From NCBI RefSeq assembly GCF_009914755.1, contig NC_060930.1: a stretch of 64,000 nucleotides of DNA. The stretch is one strand, 5' to 3'. The translations under genes and the position numbers were made by a program. Under the pieces are notes generated by a model that saw nothing but the letters and a program-made list of their open reading frames with translations, had not been told where the DNA came from and searched no databases. Below, in pieces: positions 12,590-25,830 of the stretch. Positions within the stretch are counted from its first letter, which is position 1. Each line of letters starts with the position of its first letter. This stretch comes from the human T2T-CHM13v2.0 reference genome, Homo sapiens.

Positions 12590-12740
12590 TGGTTTATAAA
12601 CCTGATTGAATAATACAATCAACTGTGGAGTTTTTAAAAACACAAAATCCCAAATCTGAATCTCTGAGAAATAGGACTGACAAGCTATATTTTTAAAAAT
12701 CTCTCTAGATGATGGTAAATCATAGCTAAGGACTGCTGCT
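12590..12740. mobile_element. MER5-like hAT-Charlie DNA transposon relic within L2-like sequence
   Basis: aatcaactgtggagtttttaaaaacacaaaatccc...ctgaatctctg...tatatttttaaaaatctctctagatgat. Confidence 0.55.
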
Positions 12741-13499
12741 TTTTATCAAACTGGCTTAAAATTAAACATTCTCAATATTTTCTCATATCCATGTTAGCTC
12801 CTGATAGTTCTGCCTGAAATGTCATTTCCACATCTCTGTTTGCAGCCTGTTTTTTTATTTGAGGTCTTACAAAATTCTAGTTAATTTTAAATATTCCTTT
12901 TGATATCTCCCATTGCATATCAGCTAATATCATTTATCAGAGTCTCTTTAGAGTTTATTTATTTGAATTACTGTCTTATCTTCCAAACTTTATCACTAGT
13001 TATTTGAGCACAGGGATCATACCTATTTACTTTTACTTCATGAAAATGCCAAATACAAAATTTTCATGTAGTAAATGATCAAAATAGTCAGCTTAACTAC
13101 TACTGAACACATCTAAATTGTGATAACATTTTGAAAATGACTAAAATTTACATAATAGCATGATATTTACAAAGGACATAATCAAGTTAATACAGGCATA
13201 CAATAATTTATGGACTTAAGAATCAGTGATTTAAAAAATTCAAATTCATATTTCTAACCATTTTGAATTACAAAATTAAAAAAGTCATAAGAGCTCCAAA
13301 AGCAAAATGAGAGTTTTGTAAACATTTCTTATTATGAACAATATTTAAATTAAAAACAATTTTAACTATCATATAAAAGATTTCCAGATAGGCAGTCCAG
13401 CAAATGCTATTCTATGAGGAATAATCTAGGCAAACATGCAGCCATGGTGTTTAAAGGTGTGTCAATCAAAAATTATGAAATGTAAAAAAAATCCAGAAA

Positions 13500-13973
13500 C
13501 AACAAAAAATGGATGGAATAAGAATAAAGTTGACAGAAAGGTTGAAATTATCAGAGAAGGAATTTAAAATAATGATTTAGAACATGACTGATATGTTAAA
13601 AAATATATCATAAAAGGTGGATAGTGTGACTGAATCTATGAGGAATATCAAAAGAGATGGAAACTATAAAAATATTCAAATTTCAATGCTAGGAAAATAA
13701 TACAAGATGAAGAATTAATTTAATGAGCTTATCAGTGGACTGGACATAGGAAAGAACCAATGAACTTGAAGATAAGCAAGTATAAATTAATCAAAAGGAA
13801 ACACCTGGAGGTAAAAAGAGTAAGAAAACAGAAAAGAGCTTCTAAGACATATAGAATAATATCAAAGGTTCTAACTGACTTGCAACTGGAATCCCTAAAG
13901 TAAAAGGGAGAGATAATATGATAGGAGAAATATGTAAAGAGATAACGGACATGGATTTGACTAAATTGATGGA
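13500..13973 (+). mobile_element. Ancient L1M ORF1-region remnant
   Basis: gaaattatcagagaaggaatttaaaataa; aatgaacttgaagataag; caactggaatccctaaag...gagaaatatgtaaagagataa. Confidence 0.65.
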
Positions 13974-13974
13974 A

Positions 13975-16384
13975 CTCTGTAGCAGTTTCAGGCAGTATAC
14001 AAGCTATTTTGCTGTTTGGGGCATATATCTTAGAAGACTCTATGGTATTAAAGATATATGTAGTGGAAAATATGATGCTTAGACTTTATAGTAGTGCCAG
14101 AGGAAGAATCATAGACTGAGGCTCTGGACCAAAACTAAAATATATGTAGCAGAGAATTATCCTGAAATTGAGAAATGGCTTCTGGCATGTCTGGGTAGTT
14201 GTAGAGATGAAACACCTGACCATGGGACATCAAGTATCCATGTGGACAGAACTGCCAATGCATTTGGCAAGACCAGTGGCAATCTACAGTAGGTAGTATA
14301 TCGGGAATTGTGTATGAGTATGCCAGAGATCACAGATAGTTGCACTCCTAAGTTATGTACTTCTTTCGCAACAGAAGCTCATCCTAAGTTCATACTGTTT
14401 CTGTCTGGGCCCTCCCTGGTGGCCATCTGAAGGAAAAATAAAAAAAGTCTGAGGTTGGTTCATGGATGGGTTGACTTGGTATATGGGTATAAACTGGAAA
14501 TGGATTGCTGTTTCCTTAAAGCCTTATTAAGAGGTTACCCAAGAAGGTAAAGCAAAAGGGACATCCTTCGGATGGGCAGATCTTCAGTCCCATGATGTGG
14601 TCATAATCTTTGGGTGGAAATAGCCTAAGAGAAGAATATGCATGGAGTTATAGGTAGTGGCAAATGACATGACATGGCTGGACTGGAAGGCAAAATATAA
14701 GACTATCTGGGTCAGGGAAATATGAGAAAGAAGCATATATTGGACTGATAGGAGTGGGCATGAAGTGTGAAGGTCTCTGCAATGCATGTTAATGCAGAAG
14801 AGGCATTAAGTAACCATACAGAAATAACTCAGCCAGTTAACATCTGTCCTTCTCTGGCATCAGCCACCACAATGGTGGTACAACAGGCATGAATAGAGTA
14901 GCTAGAGTGGCAAATATGGAGGTCTGTGCATGGACCCAATGTATGGGCTCCTCTGTCCCAAGAATTAGTTAGGTACTGCTTCCCTCAGATATCCAATCTT
15001 CCAGGAACAGAGACCATAGCCACTACACACTTAATGGTCAGCCTTTCTTGCTTCTCCTGCCAATAGATGTTTGGCCAGAATAACTACTCAAGGGCTTATG
15101 TAGTGTTGATCCATCAATATGAGAGCTCTCATAATATCTCACTGGACCAAGGAAGCCACTTTACAACAAAGCATAGTAGCAATCAGATAACGATAGATCT
15201 GTTGGTTTCATGATGTAGCACACCATCCAAAAACTACTAGGTGTAACTGAGGTGCCAGTTCGGAGATGAAAGCTTTTGGGGATGGAACACTAAATTATAG
15301 AATGTGGTATGCACTCTATATCAATAATCATTATATGATGCTTTGTTCCCAATAGGTATAATATATGGAATTGGGAACCAGGGGGTAAAAGTGAGTGAAC
15401 CGATGTGCCATCCTTCTTTGTGAACAATTGGGAAATTTGTGCTTTGCATTCCTGAAAATATAGGTTCCAGGAATCTAGAGGCACTGATTACCAGGGGAGG
15501 GACCCTTGCGCTAGAGAATACCACTAGAATCCCTTTTTGAAATGTATGGTTGTTGTAGGCTCTTTGTGCTAAGAAACTATCAGTCAAGGAAAGAAGTTCC
15601 TTATTGTGATATGGACTGAAATGTTTATGTTCCCCGCAAATTCACATGTTGAAATCCTAACCCCTAAAGTGATGATTAGGTCATAAGGGCAGAGCCCTCA
15701 TCAATGGAATTAGTGCCCTTATAAAATAGGTCCAAGGGAACCTTCCACCATGTGAGGACATGGCTAGAAGGCACAATCTAAGTACCAGAAAATGACTTTC
15801 ACTGGACATCAAATCTGCTGCCACCTTGATCTTGGACTTCTTATCCTCTAGACCTATAAGAAATAAATTTCTGTTATTTATAAGCTACCCAGTCTACGGG
15901 ATTTTGTGATAGAAGCTCAAATGGACTAAGATACAAGGGTAAGTGATGCTGATAATGGGGAGGGGGGATGTAGGACACTGTTATAAAGTAGGGACAAGGA
16001 TAAAAATATGTGACATTAAGGTGATCTACTGAGCAGAGTCTTCATTGTCATTCATGAATAAACAAAAAAGTCATAGCCTTACTAGGAGATTAACTGTCAG
16101 GCATGAGTTTCTAGATTAATTCACCAGGTAATCCAGTAGGCCAGCATATTTTCTAGCCAAGGATGAGGGTAATATAATTTGCACAGGAGAGGAGGAAGAG
16201 AAGTATCAGATGCAGTACCAAGATCAACTTTGGTGAAAGAAATTGGAGTTCTTCCCAGTAATCCCTGAAAGTGATCTTGTCTATTTACCCAGGAAGAGAC
16301 AAATTATAATTTTGGGTATCTGTTTCCAGATTAGGTGTACTTATTTTAGAAAGCAGGTAGATCTGAGCAGCACAAAGGGTTGAC
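13975..16384 (+). mobile_element. Decayed ERV-L (ERV3-16A3/ERVL-type) internal region: RT connection, RNase H, integrase, dUTPase; ends at the PPT
   Basis: Frameshifted fragments recall ERV-L pol: AENY.EIEKWLLAC..VEMKHLTMGHQV (about 14150-14240); WFMDG...KW (14456-14505); WADL; HVNA; HNISLDQGSHFTTK (about 15130-15170); LEALITRGGTL (dUTPase). PPT aaagggttgac precedes the LTR. Confidence 0.8.
15607..15933 (+). mobile_element. MLT1A-type MaLR solo LTR inserted into the ERV-L internal region
   Basis: tgatatggactgaaatg...gggcagagccctca...ccttgatcttggacttc...aataaatttctgtt...ggactaagata. Confidence 0.85.
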
Positions 16385-16786
16385 TATAATAGATAAAGTA
16401 ATGAGCATTCCAGGTCCCCATTCAGAACAGCAACACTCAATTCCACAAATAGAGGAGTTTCCTACCAAGTTCTAAGTGCAATTCTTCCCCAGGAATTGAA
16501 TTTTGGTTGGCCAAAGGGGTCTGCCTTGCCCAAGTTTGGGCCTCCCCTCTGCTGTGCAATGAGTGAAGGCAACTCAGTATGGGTCAACTATGAAGGGGCC
16601 ATCCCCACTTCATAGTTCCTGGAGGGATCAACTGAGGCTTCTGTTATAACTACATCTTAGCTCAACATCTTCCTTTCCCAGTCCTACTTCTCTTTCCCCT
16701 CACAGGCATTGCTGTTGAAAGTAGTCACTGATAACTCACCTACATGTAAATTGCAGTCTCTTTCTTGGGAAGCCTAACCTATGAAA
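16385..16786 (+). mobile_element. LTR16-type ERV-L 3' LTR
   Basis: Follows the PPT; ctgccttgcccaagttt, gggccatcccca, ctgaggcttctgttataactacatc, tttcttgggaagcctaacctatga. Confidence 0.7.
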
Positions 16787-17954
16787 AAGTTTCCTGGAAA
16801 TTAATCTTTTCCATAGGAATGCTTTTAAATTTTTTTGTCAAAAAACTTAGGAAAAAATGTTGAAAGTGTATGAAGTAGTTACTAGGAAAATGTATATCAT
16901 TAATAAAAATATTGGCGGTATATATCAAATACTGGATTAAACCAGCATAGATTTAGCATTTGATTAACAATCATTTGCTAATATTTTCATTGTTTGGAAA
17001 GAATTTATTAGAATATTATATCTGTTTTCAGAAGCTCTCCAAGGAACTTTTACTGATGCTTTATTTTCCTGTCTATAAATATCCCAGGTTTGGACAGATG
17101 CTTTTAAAATTCATTACAGTAGTCCTTAGAGGTTTGGAAAAGGACAAGTATCAATAAATATTTGATGATGAAAATGATGATGATAATGATGTTCATTTAA
17201 ATCTTATTTCTCCTTATATTTTCCTACCTCTTTTATGAAAAGAATGGGGGCAATTCTTCAATATCAGGCCACAATTAAATGAAGTCTTCTCTCTCTTAGA
17301 CTTTGTTACCACAAGAATGCGGCCAGTTGTTAGAGGACTTCACAGTTTATTGTAAAAGTTATAAAAACAATTACTATGTCATTGTAAAAAATTTTAAAGA
17401 AGACATTCAAAATATCCTTCACAAAATTGCTAAGACAAGCAAAAACAATATTCTGATTCATATTAGTTACTCATTGTTTTTAGATCATTCTAAATGAGTG
17501 AGTCAAGAAAGGTATGTGAAATGAGGCGTGTGTTTAATTAGGCAACTATGTTGAGAGCTTTGGAAAGTGAGAAGTTGTTCAAGGTGAAGAGATGCAGAAT
17601 ATCTCTAAGTACAAACAGGCATATGAGGATTGATTAAAAATGAAAGATATTAGACAATAGAAGTAACAGTTTATAGATGAGTCGGACTTCTGTTCTAATT
17701 AATACATAATTACTTATTATTTGAGGGCCCTGTGTATTAACTCTGATTAACATGTTAAAATATTGTCAAAACTTATAAACTTCACACATTCATACGCATG
17801 TACATGGCTATAATTTATCAACTAACATTAATACTAATACAATCAGGAAATTTTATTTCAAACAAATGATTCTAATCCTTGCTAATATAATGCAGAAAAT
17901 AGCTCATTATTTAAAGTACTGTTTAGTTCCTAGGTTCTGTTATGATTAAAATAA

Positions 17955-18390
17955 ACACTGCATGATTCTATCTGTATGAGGTATCTAGTCACCAAACTTA
18001 TAGACACAGATAGTAGAATGGTGGTTTCTAGAGGCTAGGGGTGGGAGAAAATGCGTAGTTGTTCAAAGGCATAAAATTTCACTTATGCAAGATGAATAAT
18101 TTCTAGAGATAAGCTATTAACTATAGTACCTATAGTTACCAATATAGTATTGTTCACTTTAGAGTATTAGGATAGGTTGCATGTTAAATATTCTTACCAC
18201 AAAAAAGATAAATAAATAACACATACACACAAAAAAGAATATGAGAAAATTTTTGGAGGTGATGAATATGTTTGTTATCTTGATTTTGGTGACAGTATCA
18301 TGGATATATGCATATGTCAAAATTAGTCAAGATGCACATATTAAATGTATGTAGTGTTTTTGGATATCCATTGTATCTCACGAAGCTACA
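17955..18390 (+). mobile_element. L1MA/L1MB 3' end
   Basis: gtagaatggtggtttctagaggctagggg; tgcaagatgaataatttctagagat; tttggaggtgatgaatatgtt. Confidence 0.8.
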
Positions 18391-18490
18391 AATGAAGTCT
18401 TATTAATCACATATACAATAATGATTTCTACCTCATAGGGCTAATGTGAGTATTAAATGTGTCTACACAAAGTTACTGCAATCTAAGTAT

Positions 18491-18528
18491 TTCAAAGGAC
18501 ATTCTTTAGTTCAAAGGACATTCTTTAG
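18491..18528. repeat. Perfect 19-bp tandem duplication (ttcaaaggacattctttag)x2
   Basis: Read directly from the sequence. Confidence 0.95.
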
Positions 18529-19789
18529 AAATGATTGCTCTAAGCTTGTCTAAATGAGTGCCTCAAATATTCTTATGTGCATCATTGAGCTCCAACCATT
18601 AGACCCTGCCACATTCCCCATTCCAACTCATAAGAATGAGAATTGAGATCATTAGGACTAATTTTATGGCTTATTACATATAAACATTAATGCACACAAC
18701 TCTGTTTCTGATTATGCATACCTTATTTCTTGTACTTCAATACCACAATACTATTTCACTTATATGTACATCACAATCTTTACATGGTAAAGTATTTCAG
18801 TAGGACTACACTGAATAGGATTGAAAACCAGCTTGCCATCAAAACAATTCTTTAAATGAATAATGATTTTGTGAAAACATTCGGTTTTAGGTAACCTGTG
18901 TGTAGCTAGGAAAACATTTTAATTATGCTTAAAATGTGAATTATAGGACAATTTTGCTTCAGATAAACAAGGCTGATAATCAGTGGGATGTACCGGCATG
19001 ACTAGTGTAAAAATATTGAAATGTTAAGTAACTAGCCATTGGGTGTTGCTGTTGCTCACCCTTCTTAGCAGCCCCAACATTTCTTCTGTGACTATGCAGA
19101 CTTCATGAGCTATCAAGTGAGGCATAGAAACATGAGGTTATACATAGGTCAAAACAATCATTACATAATTTTATTATTACCTCTGAAGATACATATAACA
19201 ACAAAAATGTGTCTCATATCAGTGAGCTCATGTGTAAATTTTTTGAATCAAAGTAGCTTGTAATTTTTTGTATTTTGTAACAATTAGAAATGAATGAGTC
19301 AGGCTTTAATTGCCATTATTAGTTAAAATTATATTTCCACATAAGGAAAGTACATGATAAGCACTGAAATCTTTCTTTTATAATTAAAAAAATGTAAGAT
19401 TGAATGGCCTAAAATTATGTTATTAGAAGATGACAAATGGAATCACTTTTACAGAATCCTGGGGCTTTGAACAAAATTTGTGACATTTTACAATGTATGT
19501 TTCTCTTATTTCTGACAACTCTACCAAGTAACTGGAGATCAATGAAAAATTCTAATTTTAATTCTTCATTTGAATGGGCCCCAAACCAGGGCCTTGATGA
19601 AATTTAAGGATTTTGTTTATCCCCTCCAGGTTAGGCACAGACACATTCTGACATAAAGATTGATTTAGGTCCAATGAGTCAATCGAATGCATTCAAGAGA
19701 AACCCTTTGGGAAAACAAAGCAGACCCAGCAGTCACTAAGACCAAGCTGTGAGCCAGAACACTCAGAGTGGAAAATAAATGTTCTTTAT

Positions 19790-19955
19790 CGGAACCAAAA
19801 AGCGATCTGAAACTTACAAAATTTTGGAGGTATTCTTTAATTTAAAAAACGCTCATGATTACAAATATAAAATAAGGCACAATATGTTAGCACAACCCCT
19901 TCTGTGTAAAGAGGTTAAAGTTTAAACATATTAGCTTCATAGTAAATTCATTTCT
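19790..19955. mobile_element. MER53-like hAT relic
   Basis: gaaacttacaaaattttggagg...attagcttcatagtaaattcatttct resembles the MER53 end. Confidence 0.45.
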
Positions 19956-20644
19956 AGTTGCTACTATTTTTAATACAGAGCTGCATGAAAAAATGGAAAA
20001 ATTTGAAATTAATATAATGTCTACTGTTCTCCATATGGCTAATTCCATAGTTTACTTAAGTAGGAAGCACACTTTAAAGACTAAGTCAATTTTGTCATAG
20101 AAGTAAAAATCCATAATTAAAAAATCCAGTGACCTAGTTAATTTGAGATTTAATTTTCCAAAATTAAGAAAACATCTTATTGGAGGTGCTTGCTTTAATC
20201 CTTAAATCAATAGCATAACATTTTATTTATTCAAAGTTATAGGCAAAGGCAATGGCTTATAAGCTGCACCTAATTCATAGTTTGATAAAAGAGTATTGTT
20301 TCTAGAGTGGCATTTTAAAAATACTAAGTCTCTATAATGTTTAATTTTAAAGACCAGGTGAAATAAAATGTTAAGTGATAATCACAGGACTTTCTATATT
20401 GTATGTTTTGATTAACAAACACAATTCTTAGTTGTTAATTTGATTTATGCATAAACCAACCTGTTAAGTTGATGTTAACCACAGGAAATAGATAAGGCTA
20501 ACTGATGGTTGTACTATTGAGAGACAGTCCAATATCAAATAATAGCAAAAATAAGCTTTGAAGTAACATCTTCTGATTTAAAATGAGTGGCCCAATGTGT
20601 GTTATGCAGAAATAAAAGGAGTTTAAAGATGTAAAGTTATAGTT

Positions 20645-20850
20645 TTGTACTAGTAAATGTTTAACTGGCTCTTGGAAGAAAAAAAATCAGGAAGCAAGGG
20701 CTTATTTATAACATAGTTTAATTCCCCTGATGCAGTACTCCCATCTTTTTTATTTCAATGTCCTGAAATTATGTCTACAAACCAACAAAGTTTATAAAAA
20801 TTAATATTCAGCTCTCATGAGCACTATTAGCTTTCTCCATCACACCGCTG
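20645..20850 (-). mobile_element. MER63-like DNA transposon relic
   Basis: tagtaaatgtttaactggctct...gctctcatgagc...ctccatcacaccgctg terminus. Confidence 0.5.
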
Positions 20851-22845
20851 GAAAGGTACTTTCCTAAGTATTAATTTGGGGTTGAGCAGAGTGTTAGAGA
20901 ACTAGAAATATGTGCATAATAAGGATGAGGAGAGGCAATAGAGATTGTTGTTGAGGGAGCTGTTGAAATGATAGAAGAAAGTATGTGGTGTGTGTCTGCA
21001 TATGTGTGTGTAGCAGACAATTCCTCACAATGTTATAGACTAACACAGTCACTAATTAGCATAATGTGGCTGAGAATTTAAAAAAAACTTGTGGCAATAT
21101 TTTAATACCAAGATGACAATACAATTATTTCATTATCAACACTCACTGAATCTTATGTACTAGGTAAGCACTGGTGATAAAAGCATGACACCAGACTTAG
21201 GTACCAGTTGTGTCCTTATTTTACATAGCAAACATAGCCACAGGATAATATACAACCTCTTGAAGATCAGGCTGTTGTAAACTGGGTTAATAGATCTGGG
21301 TTTCAACACATAGAGTCAATTATGAGAATATTCACTGCTAAACATTTGAATCAACTGTGTATATATTATAACAAATTTAAACTTTATTCTATAAAAATAG
21401 AATGAAACAACATTGAAAACTATGTGCCAAGGCTCGAGACAATGAGTGCAGTAACGTGGTAGTATTATCAGTTCAGTTGTGAATCAGTAAGGCCTAAATT
21501 AAGATGATGATATTAGCAATAAAAATAAACGATGTATAAAAGACATCTCTACTTCTTTTGGGCTAATGGTCAAATGCCTCCCTTTCCTCCATTTTTATTG
21601 TAAAAACATATTAAAATGTTTTAAGTTGAGTAAATACAAGCAAATGAAAATAATCGCTCAAATCTCATAATCGTAATTTTTATATATTACTTATGTTTTA
21701 ATTTTTTCCACATGCCTCCATACATACATACATTGGCACTTTCTCAATGTAAAAAATAATTACTTAAACAATTATAACATGTCATGATTTTTTTTCATTT
21801 GGTGACATGGTCTTCAGTCATATCATTTTAATGATTGCAAAATATATACATTCTTCTATGAGGAATACATATCATGAATATATTATGATTTATTTTATAT
21901 ATATATATACACACTATAAATATATGGCAATGTATTCTTCCATGAATAATATATACAGTAATCTAATTTCAAAATAATGGTTATTTCAACATTTCACCAA
22001 TAAAAATAACTAATGAAGATCTTTATGCATACACACACATATATTTTTGGGGGTTATCTCTGTAGACAATTTATGCAGGGAAATATTTTTCTAGGCAAAA
22101 TTTTCATGTCAAATGAGTATTTTAGCTCACTACTGTTTACCTCACTAGCAGGCAGTAACATGCATATTAAAATAGTGAAGCATAATTTTACCAAAATTTT
22201 TTTCATAAAAAAGATAAAAATTTTCTATTGAAAATAGCAATATCCAGTAGCGATGAACATGCAGTCAAATGAGCACATGGTTACAATCTCGATTGGTCTG
22301 CAATTTGTGAAAACTTGCCAAAATGTAGAAAACGGCATAATTTAGAGAGCAATTTTAGTGAAATGCTGTAAATAATCTCTTCAAATGTGATAAAAGACAA
22401 ATATAATAAAAATTTCACACATTTCTGTGAAATTCCACTTTTGAAATGTGCCTAGGAAGATGATTATTTCAGTGGTTTGAAAAAAGTGAGACATTGGAAA
22501 ATATATAAATGTATAAACTAGAGACACATTAATTATAGTATATCCTCATGATGAAAAGTTTGACAGTTATTATAAAAATGCTGTGGAAATTTAATGAATG
22601 GCATGGGGGATTTCCAGAATATACTGTTACTAAATAAGAATTCATGTGATCAAATCCTATGAACTGCATAAAACTAATAATAAATCCATCTTTAATAGGT
22701 TATAGCAATAAAAAATTGTTATTGTTCACTTTTTGTGGTAGGCATTTTGTAATCTTTACTTTTTATGTTTTATCTGCAATTTCCATTTTTTATCTTGTAC
22801 ATGTATTGTTTTTAATGAGAAAATTATGTTTTAATGGGTTAGACT

Positions 22846-23618
22846 CTAGATGCTTAAAAAGCACTTGATATTTGACATCTCTTCATAATAAAAATCCTCA
22901 ATAAGCTAGGCATAGAAGAAACACACTTCAGCAAAATAAAGGCCATATATGACAAAGCCATAGCTAACAACATACGAAAGGGGGGAAAATTGAAATCTTT
23001 TCCCCTAAGAACTGAAACAAGATGAGAATGTCCACTTTCACCACTTCTATTCAAAATAGTACTGACAGTTCTGGTCAGAGCAATTTGGTAAGAGAAAGAA
23101 ATAAAAAGCATCAAAATGAAAAAAGAGTAAGTCAAATTGTCCCATTGTCCCTGTTTTCAGATGACATATATATATAATGATATGTATATGATAGATATAT
23201 GATATATATGATATATGATATGTATATGATAGATATATGATATATATTATATATGATATGTATATGATATATATATATATAGGATATATATATATATATG
23301 TATATCCTAAAGAGTCCGCCAAAAAACTTTTGGAATCAACATATGAGTTTAGTATACTGCAGGATACAAAATCAACTTACCAAAAATCAGTGGCATTTCT
23401 ATATGCTAATAGCAAACTATCTGAAAAAGAATAGACATTGAAGACTAGGAAGGGTGGGAGAGTGAGAGGAGATTGAGTGATAAGAAATTATGCAATGAGA
23501 ACAATATACACCATTCAAGTGATGACTACACTAAAAGTCTAGACTTCACCACCTTGCAATATATGCATATAACAAAACTGCACTTATATCTCTTAAATTT
23601 ATACAAACTTTAAAAAAA
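22846..23618 (+). mobile_element. L1PB-type element: ORF2 RT fragment joined directly to the 3'UTR, with an internal AT-rich expansion
   Basis: RT-region sequence (aaggccatatatgacaaa, ccacttctattcaa, ctgttttcagatgac) followed by an L1PB-like end (ctaaaagtctagacttcaccac...aacaaaactgcactt...poly A). Confidence 0.85.
23165..23305. repeat. (TA)-rich compound repeat with a 38-bp higher-order unit
   Basis: gatatgtatatgata starts at 23179, 23217 and 23255. Confidence 0.9.
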
Positions 23619-24196
23619 CGAATATTTTTGTGTCCTTTTTTAATCACAGTGATTCTTACAGTAATGTTACTATTTCTGCTTCTTTTGTTCAAACACATTG
23701 ATGTATTATTGCTTAGTCTTTTATTTTTAGTGTTTCTGTGCCATTTAGTTTTACATGTATTTCATAAATATAGCATAGTTTGGGATTTGACTGTGAATCT
23801 GTTCCCCTTTCTCATCCACTTTCTTTTTAAAATAACATTTAAACTGATGAGCCTAAAGATTGAGAACTGACTTATCAGATCAAGAAAATAAGATATATTT
23901 GCCAAACTTAATGCTGATGTACATTTTTACATTAATTCTTTGTGTCTGAAGATCCAGGACCAGAAGTTTCTAAGGCCAGCATTTCAAGTGGTATCTGGTT
24001 CTCTATCTATTCTTTTGCCTAGGGATGCTGGTTAAATGAGAGTAAAACAGTGCACACAGCATTTGCAGGCTTGCTGATCTGATTGAAATTTCTGTCATTA
24101 AACATTTTCATTTGGAAATTTAATGTTTTGTTAGACTAAATGATATGTAACAATATGGCTATAATATAGTGAGTCTTCCTCTCTTTCTGTTTCTCT

Positions 24197-24235
24197 ACAC
24201 ACACACACACACACACACGCATGCACGCACACACA
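24197..24235. repeat. (CA)n microsatellite
   Basis: About 11 pure AC units followed by an interrupted tail. Confidence 0.9.
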
Positions 24236-25165
24236 GAGCTGTTATTTGATAATGCATAACAAATTACTGCTTATGTGATTTTATTTCATTAAATAAATGC
24301 TATCAGAATTGGTAGACATTATCTTTCCATAAATTTCCTGTGGAGTTGTAGAACTGAAATTCATTCACTTTGTTTCCTTATGCTCCACTTACAACATTTT
24401 TGTTTAATGCCTGACTTGGTTAGTGTTGACTCAATACCTATGATACAATTTTTTGCATTTTAAATATGAGCCCTAAGCAACTAGGAGGAGCTGCAGCTCC
24501 ATGGTAAATTGTAATCTGTATTGGGAGTTCAATATTAAGAAACAGTTTAGAAAAATATGTGACATATAGAATTTAAGGTGCAGGCTTAATTTTACCTACT
24601 TCTCAAGTCTTACCAATTATATATTTTATTCATAACAGAAATTCTGTCATTATTCTTGATGATTAACATCTTGTAATTAAAAACATTTTGCTATACTTTT
24701 GAGATCTGCCCTTATTTCTGCTGCATTGATCCAAAGCAATCATACTGAATTAATTTTTGCTTGAGCAGTTCACTATAAATACAATGAAAATCGATCACTT
24801 CATTTTGAAAAGCTAGATTGGATACATAAATTTCATTAGTCATTAGATAATTATCAATTCCACATATAATTTTTATAGATCCTACCAGTTACATAATAAT
24901 TTTATTAAAAATTTACTATAACAAAAATACCCAAAATTTCATTACATGGTCTTTCAGATTTTGTGTACTGTGACTCTAATACATTTTACTTCTATATAAC
25001 AGTGTTCCTTTATAGTACAAATTTACAGGGAAAATAAGCTTATTAAAAAGTTGCCGGCAGTAAGACACTGATACAAAATAGTTTTTAACATAGAGAGTTG
25101 TATTTAATTTGTTTAAAAGTTTAGACTAGGAGGCAAGTTTTCCCTTTTTTTCTCCTAATATGTAC

Positions 25166-25557
25166 TGTCTTAGCCTGTTTGTATTGCTATAACTATATAC
25201 TTGAGCCTAGTTGATTTTTACATAAAGTAAATTTATTTATCCCAATTATGGAGGCTATAAAGCCCAAGATCAAGGTGCTGACAGGTTTGGTGCCTGGTAA
25301 ATGCTGCTCTGTTTTCAAGACGATGCCTTGTTGCTGGATCCTAGAGGGGAGGAACCCTGTGTTCTCACATAATAGAAGGGATGGAAGGACAAATAGGAAG
25401 GGTCTACCTTCCAGCCTTTTCATAAGGCACTAATCCATTCATGAGGGCAGAGCCCTCATGATTTAATCACTTCCCCCCAAATCCCCACCTCTTAATATCA
25501 CCAAAATGGAGATTAAGTTTTAACACATGAATTTTGGGGGACATTCAGACTATAGCA
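25166..25557 (-). mobile_element. MST-type (MSTC/D-like) MaLR solo LTR
   Basis: tgtcttag...caagatcaaggtgctg...gccttgttgctg...gagggcagagccctcatga...cattcagactatagca. Confidence 0.85.
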
Positions 25558-25639
25558 TATGCATATGGACATATGCATACATGTAAGATCATTCTAAGTA
25601 GGGCACTTTAATTTTACTCACGTGATGTGTAGCACTACA

Positions 25640-25830
25640 TAGTTGTGGTTATGAACTCAAATATGGAGTCAAATAAACCTGATTAAGAACTTTGCTTTTG
25701 CTACTTATTAGTTCAGGTGAACTTAATTTTGCTACAACACATCCGTAAAGCAGTCATAATATCTACTTTACATATTATTGCTATAAGATTATCATGGTGT
25801 TTAAAATGGTCACATACTATTATTATTATC
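25640..25830 (+). mobile_element. MIR SINE
   Basis: gtggttatgaac...ggagtcaaataaacctg...gctacttattag...catccgtaaa...ataatatctac. Confidence 0.6.
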
